Assembly (NCBI RefSeq): GCF_018350175.1
Contig: NC_058368.1
Location: forward strand, 170,750,001 to 170,814,000
Direction of reading: 5' to 3'
Source of the DNA: Felis catus
Lineage: Eukaryota
DNA: 64,000 nucleotides
The stretch's first letter is position 1. Every line of letters starts with the position of its first letter. A program made the translations under genes and the position numbers. Below are positions 53,017 to 64,000 of the stretch, one piece after another. Below the pieces are notes generated by a model. It made no database searches. It had not been told where the DNA came from and saw nothing but the letters and a program-made list of their open reading frames with translations.

Positions 53017-56000
53017 TCAGAATCCAAATAGAAGTGAAAACATATGGTATCTGTATTTCTCTGTATGACTTATTTCACTTAGTATAACACTCTCCAGTTC
53101 CATCCACATGGCTACAAAAGGCCATATTTCATTCTTACTCATTGCCAAGCAGTATTCCATTGTGTATATAAACCACAATTTCTTTATCCATTCATCAGTT
53201 GATGGACATTTAGGCTCTTTCCATAATTTGGCTATTGTTGAGAGTGCTGCTATAAACATTGGGGTACAAGTGCCCCTATGCATCAGTACTCCTGTATCCC
53301 TTGGGTAAATTCCTGCAGTGCTATTGCTGGGTCATAGGGTAGATCTATTTTTAATTTTTTGAGGAACCTCCACACTGTTTTCCAGAGTGGCTGCACCAGT
53401 TTGCATTCCCACCAACAGTGCAAGAGGGTTCCTGTTTCTCCACATCCTCGCCAGCATCTACAGTTTCCTGATTTGTTCATTTTAGCCACTCTGACTGGTG
53501 TGAGGTGATATCTGACTGATTTCCCTGATGAGGAGCGACGTTGAGCATCTTTTCATGTGCCTGTTGGCCATCTGGATGTCTTCTTTAGAGGAGTGTCTTT
53601 TCATGTTTTCTGCCCATTTCTTCACTGGGTTATTTGTTTTTTGGGTGTGGAGTTTGGTGAGCTCTTTATAGATTTTGGATACTAGCCCTTTGTCTGATAT
53701 GTCATTTGCAAATATCTTTTCCCATTCCTTTGGTTGCCTTTTAGTTTTGTTGGTTGTTTCCTTTGCAGTGCAGAAGCTTTTTATTTTCATGAGGTCCCAA
53801 TAGTTCATTTTTGCTTTTAATTCCCTTGTCTTTGGGGATGTGTCAAGGAAGAAATTGCTATGGCTGAGGTCAAAGAGGCTTTTTTCCTGCTTTCTCCTCT
53901 AGGGTTTTGTTGGTTTCCTGTCTTACATTTGGGTCCTTTATCGATTTTGAGTTTGTTTTTGTTAATGGTGTAAGAAAGTAGTCTAGATTCATCCTTTTGC
54001 ATGTTGCTGTCCAGTTCTCCCAGCACCATTTGTTAAAGAGACTGTCTTTTTTCCATTGGATATTCTTTCCTGCTTTGTCAAAGATTAGTTGGCCATACGT
54101 TTGTGGGTCTAGTTCTGGGGTTTCTATTCTATTCCATTGGTCTATGTGTCTGTTTTTGTGCCAATACCATGCTGTCTTGATGATGACAGCTTTGTAGTAG
54201 AGGCTAAAGTCTGGGATTGTGATGCCTCCTGCTTTGGTCTTCTTCTTCAAAATTACTTTGGCTATTCGGGGCCTTTTGTGGTTCCATATGAATTTTAGGA
54301 TTGCTTGTTCTAGCTTTGAGAAGAATGCTGGTGCAATTTTGATTGGGATTGCATTGAATTGAATGTGTAGATAGCTTTGGGTAGTATTGACATTTTGACA
54401 ATATTTATTCTTCCAATCCATGAGCACTGAATGTTTTTCCATTTCTTTATATCTTCTTCAAGTTCCTTCATCAGCTTTCTATAGTTTTCAGCATACAGAT
54501 CTTTTACATCTTTGGTTAGGTTTATTCCTAGATATTTTATGCTTCTTGGTACAATTGTGAATGGGATCAGTTTCTTTATTTGTCTTTCTGTTGCTTCATT
54601 GTTAGTGTATAAGAATGCAACTGATTTCTGTACATTGATTTTGTATCCTGCAACTTTGCTGAATTCATGTATCAGTTCTAGCAGACTTTTGGTGGAGTCT
54701 GTTGGGTTTTCCATGTATAATATCATGTCACCTGCAAAAAGTGAACACTTAACTTCATCTTTGCCAATTTTGATGCCTTTGATTTCCTTTTGTTGTCTAA
54801 TTGCTGATGCTAGAACTTCCAACACTATGTTAAACGACAGCGGTGAGAGTGGACATCCCTGTCGTGTTCCTGATCTCAGGGAGAAAGCTCTTAGTTTTTC
54901 CCCATTGAGGATGATATTAGCTGTGGGCTTTTCATAAATGGCTTTTATGATCTTTAAATATGTTCCTGCTATCCCGACTTTCTCGAGGGTTTTTATTAAG
55001 AAAGGATGCTGAATTTTGTCACATGCTTTTTCTGCATTGATTGACAGGATTATATGGTTCTTATCTTTCCTTTTATTAATGTGATGTATCACATTGATTG
55101 ATTTGCGAATGTTGAACCAGCCCTGCAGCCCAGGAATGAATCCCACTTGATCATGGTGTATAATTCTTTTTATATGCTGTTGAATTCGATTTGCTAGTAT
55201 CTTATTGAGAATTTTTGCATCCACATTCATCAGGGATATTGGCCTGTAGTTCTCTTTTTTACTGGGTCTCTGTCTGGTTTAGGAATCAAAGTAATACTGG
55301 CTTCATAGAATGAGTCTGGAAGTTTTCCTTCCTTTCTATTTTTTGGAACAGCTTGAGAAGGATAGGTATTATCTCTGCCTTAAGTGTCTGGTAGAATTCC
55401 CCTGGGAAGCCATCTGGTCCTGGACTCTTAGTTGTTGGTAGATTTTTGATAACTGATTCAATTTCTTCGCTGGTTATGGGTCTGTTCAAGTTTTATATTT
55501 CTTCCTGTTTGAGTTTTGGAAGAGTGTGGGTGCTTAGGAAGTTGTCCATTTCCTCCAGGTTGTCCAGTTTGTTGGCATATACTTTTTCATAGTATTCCCT
55601 GATAATTCCTTGTATTTATGAGGGATTGGTTGTAATAATTCCATTTTCATTCATGATTTTATCTACTTGGGTCATCTCCCTTTTCTTTTTGAGAAGCCTG
55701 GCTAGAGGTTTATCAATTTTGTTTATTTTTTCAAAAAACCAACTCTTGGTTTTGTTGATCTGCTCTACAGTTTTTTTAGATTCTATATTGTTTATTTCTG
55801 CTCTGATCTTTGTTATTTCTCTTCTTCTGCTGGGTTTGGGGTGTCTTTGCTGTTCTGCTTCTATTTCCTTTAGGTGTGCTCTTAGATTCTGTATTTGGGA
55901 TTTTTCTTGTTTCTTGAGATAGGCCTGGATTGCAGTGTATTTTCCTCTCAGGACTGCCTTCACTGCATCCCAAAGCGTCTGGATTGTTGTATTTTCATTT

Positions 56001-56825
56001 TCATTTGTTTCCATATATTTTTTAATTTCTTCTCTAATTGCCTGGTTGACCCATTCATTCTTTAGTGGGGTGTTCTTTAACCTCCAATCTTTTGGAGGTT
56101 TTCCAGACTTTTTCCTCTGATTTCAAGTTTCATAGCATTGTGGTCTGAAAGTATGCATGGTATGATCTCAATTCTTGTATACCTATGAAGGGCTGTTTTG
56201 TGACCCAGTATGTGATCTATCTTGGAGAATGTTCCATGTACACTCGAGAAGAAAGTATACTCTGTTGCTTTGGGTTGCAGAGTTCTGAGTATATCTGTCA
56301 AGTCCATCTGATCCAATGTATCATTCAGGGCCCTTGTTTCTTTATTGATTCTGTGTCTAGATGATATATCGAATGTTGTAAGTGGGGTATTAAAGTCCCC
56401 TGCAATTACCACATTCTTATCAATAAGGTTGCTTATGTTTGTGATTAATTTTTTTATATATTTGGGGCTCCCGTATTCGGTGCATAGACATTTATAATTG
56501 TTAGCTCTGCCTGATGGATAGACCCTGTAATTATTATATAATGCCCTTCTTCATCTCTTGTTACAGCCTTTCATTTAAAGTCTAGTTTGCCTGATATAAG
56601 TATGGCTACTCCAGCTTTCTTTTGAGATCCAGTAGCATGATAGATAGTTCTCCATCCCCTCACTTTCAATCTGAAGGTGTCCTCAGGTCTAAAATGAGTC
56701 TCTTGTACACAGCAAATAGATGGGTCTTGTTTTTTTATCCATTCTGATACCTTATGTCTTTTGGTTGGAGCATTTAGTCCATTTGCATTCAGTGTTATTA
56801 TTGAAAGATATGGGTTTAGAGTCAT
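53017..56825 (-). pseudogene. L1 ORF2 (endonuclease/reverse transcriptase), multiply frameshifted
   Basis: Starts MTLNPYLSIITLNANGLN at 56825. EN motifs GDFNTPL and SDHNA. RT carries SINAEKACD and FAGD in place of SIDAEKAFD and FADD. Stop at 53017. Confidence 0.92.
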
Positions 56826-56874
56826 TGTGATGTCTGTAGGTTTCATGCTTGTATGATGTCTCTGGTACTTTGTC

Positions 56875-57766
56875 TCACAGGATCCCCCTTAGGATCTCTT
56901 GTAGGGCCGGTTTAGTGGTGAGGAATTTCTTCAGTTTTTTTGTTTTTTTGGGAAGACCTTTATCTCTCCTATTCTAAATGACAGACTTGCTGGATAAAGG
57001 ATTCTAGGCTGCATATTTTTTCTGTTTTTACATTGAAAATATCCTGCCATTCCTTTCTGGCCTGCCAAGTTTCAGTAGATAGATCCATCACTAGTCTTAT
57101 CGGTGTCCCTTTATATGTTAGAGCATGTTTATCCCTAGCTGCTTTCAGATTTTTCTCTTTATCCTTGTATTTTGCCAGTTTCACTATGATATGTTGTGCA
57201 GAAGATCGATTCAAGTTACGTCTGAAGGGAGTTCTCTGTGCCTCTTAGATTTCAATTCCTTTTTCCTTCCCCAGATCAGGGAATTCTCAGCTATGATTTG
57301 TTCAAGTACACCTTCAGTACCTTTTTCTCTCTCTCTTCCTCCTCTGGAATCCCTATTATATGGATATTATTGCATTTCATCGCATCACTTAGTTCTCTAA
57401 TTCTCCCCTCATACTCCTGGATTTTTTTATCTCTCTTTTTCTCAGCTTCCTCTTTTTGCATAAATTTATCTTCTACTTCACCTATTCTCTCCTCTGCCTC
57501 TTCAGTCCGAGCTTGGTAGCCTCCATTTTATCTTGCACCTCATTTATAGCATTTTTTAGCTCCTCCTGACTGTTTCTTAGTCCCTTGATCTCTGTAGCAA
57601 TAGATTCTCTGCTGTCCTCTATACTTTTTTCAAGCCCAGAGATTAATTTTATGACTATTATTTTAAATTCACGTTCTGTTATATTGCTTAAATCGTTTTT
57701 GATCAGTTCGTTAGTTGTCGCTACTTCCTGGAGTTTCTTTTGAGGAGAATTCTTCTGTTTTGTCAT
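56875..57766 (-). pseudogene. L1 ORF1 (frameshifted)
   Basis: Starts MTKQKNSPQKK at 57766; internal piece HIIVKLAKYKDKE...PIRL...DLSTETWQARKEW; ends TTKPALQEILRGIL-TGA at 56875. Confidence 0.88.
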
Positions 57767-58678
57767 TTTGGATAGTCCCTAGGGTGGCACCCTACTGCAG
57801 GGCACTTCTGCTGTGCTGTCTGGAGTAACTTTTGGTGGGTGGGGCCACATTCAGACCTGATGTCTGCCCCCAGCCCACCACTGGGGCCACAGTCAGACTG
57901 GTGTGTACCTTTTCTTCCCCTCTCCCAGGGGCAGGACTCACTGCAGAATGGTGTGGCCCCTGCTTGGGCTACTTTCACACTGCCAGGCTTGTGGTGCTGC
58001 TTCGATGGGATCTGGCATATTAGCCAGGGTGGATCCGCAAGGTGTACAGGGGCGGGAGGGGCAGGCTCAGCTAGCTTTGCCTTCCGTGGTCTGCTGTGGG
58101 AGGGGCCCTGTGGCACCGGGAGGGAGGCCGACCCGTCAGAGGGATGGATCCACAGAAGCACAGCGTTGGGTGTTTGCGTGGTGCAAGCAAGTTCTGTGAT
58201 GGGAACTGGTTTCCTTTGGGATTTTGGCTGGGGGATGGGCGAGGGAGATGGCGCTGTCCAGTGCCTTTGTTCCCTGCCGAGTTGAGCTCTGTCATCGAGG
58301 GCTCAACAACTCTCGCTCCCGTTGTCCTCAAGCCCTCTCGCTCTCTGAGCAGAGCAGTTGACTTATAACATTCCAGATGTTAAGTCCTGCTGGCTGTCAG
58401 AACACACTCCATCCAGTCCCTCCGCTTTTGCAAGTCAGACTCAGGGGCTCTGCCTTGCTGGGTGGACTGCCCCTTCACCGCCCCAGCTCCCTCCTGCCAG
58501 TCCATGTAGCGTGCACCACCTCGCAGCCCTTCCTACCCTCTTCCGTGGGCCTCTTGTCTACACTTGGCTCTGGAGAGTCCATTCTGCTAGTCTTCTGGCG
58601 TTTTTCTGGATTATTTAGGCAGATGTGGGTGGAGTCTAAGTGATCAGCAGGACGAGGTGAGCCCAGCATCCTCCTACG

Positions 58679-58688
58679 CCGCCATCTT
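58679..58688 (-). promoter_or_regulatory. YY1-type site at the 5' end of the L1 internal promoter
   Basis: Minus strand reads AAGATGGCGG within ~10 nt of the L1 5' end, where mammalian L1s carry a YY1 site. Confidence 0.7.
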
Positions 58689-58871
58689 CTGATTCAAGAA
58701 TAAGGATTTTTGAGGAACACCAAGGGTCTGCTGAGGCTGGAGCTTGTATGTTTTTGGAGAGGTGGTCTGTGGTATTTTACACTGTTGGCTAAATCTCTCC
58801 ATATCTTTCATGTAGGTTTTGACAGCATCTCTTTTTCCCTTGGATTTTATTCTATCTTTTCAGTTTTCTCC

Positions 58872-59095
58872 TTTTTTTTTTTTAATTTAATTTATTTTCT
58901 AAATTCACATCCAAGTTAGCATATCATGCAACAATGATTTCAGGGGTAGATTCCTTAATGACCCTTACCCATTTAGCCCATCTCCCCTCCCACAACTCCT
59001 CCAGTAACCCTCTGTTTGTTCTCCATATTTAAGAGTCTCTTATGTTTTGTCCCCCTCCCTGTTTTTATATTATTTTTGCTTCCCTTCCCTTATGT
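58872..59095 (-). mobile_element. Short 3'UTR fragment of a different, older carnivore L1 subfamily
   Basis: T-tail followed by an L1-type 3'UTR (tttgttctccatatttaagagtctcttatg). Confidence 0.65.
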
Positions 59096-60974
59096 CCTCC
59101 TGATCTCTTTCCTGAATTCTTCTTCCTCTTTCCATTCCTTCAATGTCCACCTTTCCTAAATCTCTTGCCTACATTCTCTGTAGGTAAATTGGACAATCTC
59201 CTGTGGTTTCAGCCACATTGCTGACTGCTGTCTCAGCAGAGATAAGAACCATATTTTCAACAATCTGCTAGACATTTTCACCTGCACATCCTATAGGTAC
59301 CTCTAGATCAGTATGTCCTCAAGTGAACTCCACATTCTTCCTTCCACTCTCCATCTTGCTTCTCCCTCCTACCTCTGTGAACTAACTTAACATCTGAGCT
59401 GGTCAACGTTAATTTCTCCCTCTTCCTCTCACTCTGTCCAGCCCCCTCCCCATAACTCTTTCTCTGAGCAGCTTTCAGATCCATTCTCTCTCCCCTTTCC
59501 CACTTCTTGTGCCCTTTTGAGCCTTTACATTCTCTTTGCCAATGCAACAGACTCCAAACTGGTGTAATTTTCACTATCTTCCATCCATCCATGTTTAAAG
59601 CACTGATTTGATCAGGTCAGCCCAGAAGGATACTTCCTAAAAGTCAGTTCTTTTAAACATGACAAATAAAACAACTCATTCTGGCCTCACCCTACTGTTC
59701 TGGCTTCACCACTGACCTTTATTTTTTTCACCAGCACATTAACCAGAGCACAGTGCTTTCACCCTCAATGAGCTCCTGGTCCAGAATCGGGAAAGTAAAA
59801 ATGTGATATGGACCCTAATATTATTTTTCAATACTGCCATCATCTCCCAAAAATGTGTTTAAGGCTTATGGAGACAACCACAATATCACAAGATAAAAAA
59901 ATAAAATAAATGAGGACAAGGGACTAAAAAGGAAATAAAAGTAAGAATCAAGTATACAAAAGATATATCATAAGACACTTTGTATTTGCCAGAGGTTGGC
60001 CAGAGATTTGGCTCTAAGTCTTTATTACATGTTATAATTCAGACATAAACACAGCACTTTAGGCACAAAATAAGGGGGTCGTCTAAGGCAGAAATGGCTT
60101 CAGGGAGGAATAGAATCTTTGAGCTGAATTTTAAGTGAGAAATCAAAAATTAGCAGGTAAAGCGTAGAAGGAAGGTCAAAGGGATATACAAAAGCAGAGC
60201 ACATTGGCAGGTAGAAATGACTACCTTAGACTCTATTTTAGAAGCTGTTCTAGACAGAAAGTAAGCAGTTGCTCAGTATTTGTCAAACGAATAACTTGAA
60301 TAAATACTATGCTCTTGGACAATTTATATTACATCTTTGGGTAAAGCATTTCACTTACAGTACGAGGGAACTATACCAGGGCTCCCTTAGGCCCAAACCC
60401 AGGTCTACAGTTTGATTTGACCTCCCCTTTCTCCTGCACCATCCTGTCCCTGAGCAGCACCCACAATGATCCACAGCTCCCTCATTCTCTTCCTAGCTTT
60501 CAAATTTAAAAGTTGCCACTAGTATCTTTGAAACTATTTTTTAAGTCTATGAATTTAACACTCTTCAGGGGACTTCTTAGAAAAACCATCAATATTCACT
60601 AAGTTGTCATCAATGAAATGAGAAAAGGCAGTGAAAGAAGCTTATAAAGGAGTGATAGATTTACACAGGCTACAGCAGAATTCACTTTAATGTATGTAAC
60701 AGCGTAATGATGTACTGGCAGCTCTTAAGACTTGGTTCCTGAAACTCCTGTCTGGGGCTTTTACCCTATGTTATTTGATCCTTCAGTACACATTGTCATC
60801 AGACCAGTATCTTTTCCGCAAAAACCTATGGTTATCTAATAGCACTTCCATTTGAGAAAAAGCTGTCATTGGTGGGGAGAGCTGGAGGGCTCCTAATCTC
60901 CGTGCCAGGAAGTCTGAGGGCCTCAGGAAATGATCAGATTAGAGCTCTTCAGCTGCATTGCCGGTGCTAACTGC

Positions 60975-61020
60975 CAGCCGGGTGATGTGCTCAATTCAGC
61001 CGGGTGATGTGCTCAATTCA
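60975..61020. repeat. Perfect 22-bp tandem duplication
   Basis: cagccgggtgatgtgctcaatt at 60975-60996 and 60997-61018, followed by ca. Confidence 0.95.
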
Positions 61021-63224
61021 ATTTACAGCAATTAAGGTGACAGCAACAAATGCTCAAAAGTCGTATTTTAAAGCAGATCCATGGAAAGAAATAGGCATTG
61101 CCTGTGCTTTTTCATCCTGCAATGTTAAAATGATGAGAAGGGAAATAGTCCCAACTGTGGGGAAGAAGAGCGTGCGCACCAACACACAGGAAATGGTGGC
61201 CGTAAAAAGCATGGTCTAGGACTAAGAAGCCTAGTGAGGTCAGAGGATCACAGCTTGGCAGCCTACAGAGACACATCCCTATTGCACTTCCTTCCCTGAT
61301 CTGCAGATGTCTGCTACTCCTGTTAGCAACTGAGGGACCCATGGGAACTGAGATCTCAGGGTAGCTTTTTGGGTCCCCTTGTGATTAAAATCCTGAGTCT
61401 TTGTTTTTAGCCCTGAGTCTTCTAGCCCAGGTCACAATGGAAAAATAGGAAAATGTGCTTAATAGCGAGAAACTACATGGCCCTGGGCCTTTGAAAATGA
61501 TCTGAAGATGCTGATAACATCTTAACTCCCTTCTTATTATGTTACAGAGCATGAAAAAGAAATTAGTTTGCTAAATCCGAGGAGAAATATACCAATAAGT
61601 ATATTTAAATATAAAAACCAAAATTATCCTATTTTTTACAGCTCTAAAACCCCTACAATGATTGAATATTTCATTGCTTCTAAAAACTGAAGGCACTAAT
61701 ATATTTTGTATAAACCTACAAACTCTTGATTGGATGTATATGGCAACTTGTTTTTCTGAAATTCTAGCTAAATAGTACAGAGAAATTGCTATGTGTTGCC
61801 TCATGAAACAAATGATGTATTTTGCTGATTTGAATCATTTTGATTTTATTCAAAATAAGTTTCAAAAAAGATTCATGTTATTACAATAATATCTAGGAAC
61901 TAACTCTGAATGTATTCCTAAGGCCAACAGGAACCTTTATACCTGTTGTATTTTGCTTTGGGAAGCGTCTATATGGCTACTCTCCCCTTGGATCCATATC
62001 CAGCATACTTGTGACAAACATCAGTTTCTAGTCCAATGCTTTGTTCCCCGTGATAAGGAACACAGGCAAAGGAGTTGTTCAAATATCCACAGTCTGAAAT
62101 TTCTCTGGCACTCATTTACTTGGCAGTTAGTATTGATTCTGTTATGGAACCAGGCTGGAACGCTGGCGGAAAAACTAAGTGGCACTCCAAGATCTTGGGG
62201 GATCGGAGATTTATTTAACACTGGCAGGCTCAGAGGAGACCATTTCTCCAAAGATCTGAGCCCCAAATGCAAGCAAGAAGGGTAATTTATAGTTGTCAGC
62301 CTCTATATTTGTGGAAGGGTTTTTGCGCACTTGGCAAACAGGGCTAGAAGAACCCGGAAGAGGGGTTTCTAAGCCAGAGACCAGAGCTTGTTTTAGTCCC
62401 ATCGGCCATCTTATGGTGTAAAACTTTATTCATTTTCTCAACAATTCCACAAATACTTATTGACTGCCCAGTATGAGCAAGACTGGGAGCGAGGCTCTGT
62501 GGGTGATCAAAACATAAATCTAGTGAGAAGGCTAAAAATTTTCCCATGATAACCTACAGAAGGTATTGGCCAAACATATCTACTGTAGTCATGCCTAAAT
62601 GGAGAGAAAAAGGTTGTAAGATTTCATTTTCCTTTGCTTGGTCACTAATGTCTTCACTTCCAATCTTAGTTTAAGTTAAAAACCTGCATTTGCAACTTGA
62701 GAAGTTCACTGCTGTTGATCTTTCTAGGCAGCCATGAATGGCCTGGGTGGAAGCTCAACTTATAAAATACTTAAAGATGAATGTTTGAATTCCAGAAACC
62801 TAACTCCGTGACAAATCCACTGGGAACAAAATGCCTTTTAGCAGAAGGAAGCTGGAAGACATGTGGTTAAGCTATGGAGAGCATATGGAGAGTAGAGGTC
62901 AAGGGGATGGGGTGGGGAGAGTGCCTGCATTCTGTGCTCCTGTCCTACATGTCTACTCTAGAGACATTTCTGACAACAGAATTTATAAATCCTTTGGCTG
63001 TACAAACCTTAGTATAACATGTTTTACATCTATTGTGATGCTTTTGTTAATAATTTCTCTACTGTGGTTTCCTCTGGGGCAGGACCCAAATTTTATTCTT
63101 TATAGATTCTGCAAGTACCTGGCTCATGTTAGACAGAATTATTGTTTGACTATCACTATGTCATCCACACTCTCATAATTCTCACTGTAGTGTTGGTCCT
63201 TTTTCTTAGAACAAACTCCTTTCT

Positions 63225-63432
63225 GGGTGCCTGGGTGACTCAGTCAGTTGAACGTCCGACTCTTGATTTCTGTCCAGATCATGATCCCAGGATCTTGGCA
63301 TCAAGCCTCATGTTGGGCTCCATGCTGAGTGTGGAGCCTGCTTAAGATTCTCTCTCTCTTTCTCTCCCCTTACCCTGCCTCTCCCCCCAACTTGCGTGTG
63401 CTCCCTCTCTCTCTCTCAAATTAAAAAAAAAA
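63225..63432 (+). mobile_element. CanSINE
   Basis: gggtgcctgggtgactcagtcagttgaacgtccgactc head, CT-rich body, A tail. Confidence 0.9.
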
Positions 63433-63439
63433 ATTTTAA

Positions 63440-63800
63440 GAGCAGTCTTTTTCTTCTCTAGTCCCTGCTCCTCCTCTATACCTATCCTACTCCTAGCTCC
63501 TACCCTTTCTGCAACCTGAAAACTTCTACACACCCTTGAAGTCTGAGCTGAGATATAGCTGTCTCTGGAATCCTTTTCCCACCATGCATGGCCTCCAGAA
63601 TCAATCACTGGTCCTCTCTGTGAGCTTTCAGGTCATTCTGTAATACCTCTGCCACAGTATTTAGCACACTGTGTTGATTGTCTGTGTCTGCTAATACCAA
63701 GAGAAACCCCATAAGTGCAGAGGCCATGTCTGGTTCACTACTGAATGCCCAGCACATAACGGTCATTCCATAATATTTCTTGAATAAATGAGTGAATGAA
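63440..63800 (+). mobile_element. LINE-2 3' end
   Basis: gttcactactgaatgcccagcac...ttgaataaatgagtgaatgaa terminus. Confidence 0.65.
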
Positions 63801-64000
63801 CATATCTGTTAGAATGCATCCTTTCCATTAACTAGATGAAATGTTTTACTAATTTAACATATGTTGTAGAAAATTAGTGAGATTTCCATTACCTGTTCTT
63901 ACACCTACTACTCTTCCCTCTATCCTACCTGAAAACAGGTCCCAAGAAAATTCACTGCTTTATCTAGCCAGTCCCTAGACATTCACACACATGGTCACAT

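Larger units (their letters stand above)
52766..58694 (-). mobile_element. Full-length (~5.9 kb) LINE-1, antisense to CAMK4, inactivated by frameshifts
   Basis: GC-rich 5'UTR, ORF1, 49-nt spacer, ORF2 (EN, RT, C-terminus), 3'UTR and T-rich tail. 17-bp TSD with one mismatch: caaaaataaggattttt (52749-52765) / caagaataaggattttt (58695-58711). Confidence 0.97.

Noticed and set aside
57763..58669. Overlapping 86-148 aa ORFs on both strands
   Set aside because: GC-rich L1 5'UTR gives stop-poor frames; no recognisable domain, and most use non-ATG starts.

Overview
Mammalian (felid, judged from SINEC_Fc-type CanSINEs and carnivore L1) genomic DNA lying entirely inside CAMK4 (calcium/calmodulin-dependent protein kinase IV) on the + strand. 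Three coding exons with canonical AG/GT ends are present (16859-16937, 43505-43567, 45726-45808; exons 2-4 by comparison with the human protein). They join in frame to encode the kinase N-lobe. The rest is intronic and repeat-rich: a full-length but disrupted L1 (-, 52766-58694), a 5'-truncated L1 (+, 28049-31238), a short L1 3' end (-, ~1765-2688), 16 CanSINEs (15 of them sense to the gene), older L1M/L2/MIR, LTRs, DNA-transposon fossils and microsatellites. Nearly all ORF-track entries outside the L1s look spurious. I see no new gene system. The most unusual signal is that the two large inverted L1s, each with its own TSD, share RT-inactivating lesions and alternate between near-identical and ~7-10% divergent blocks, which suggests ectopic gene conversion (or a defective source element, or an assembly artefact). 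Also notable are a possible zero-length twin-priming junction, a strong SINE strand bias and several templated micro-duplications. Repeat subfamily names are from recollection of consensus sequences and need a RepeatMasker/Dfam check.
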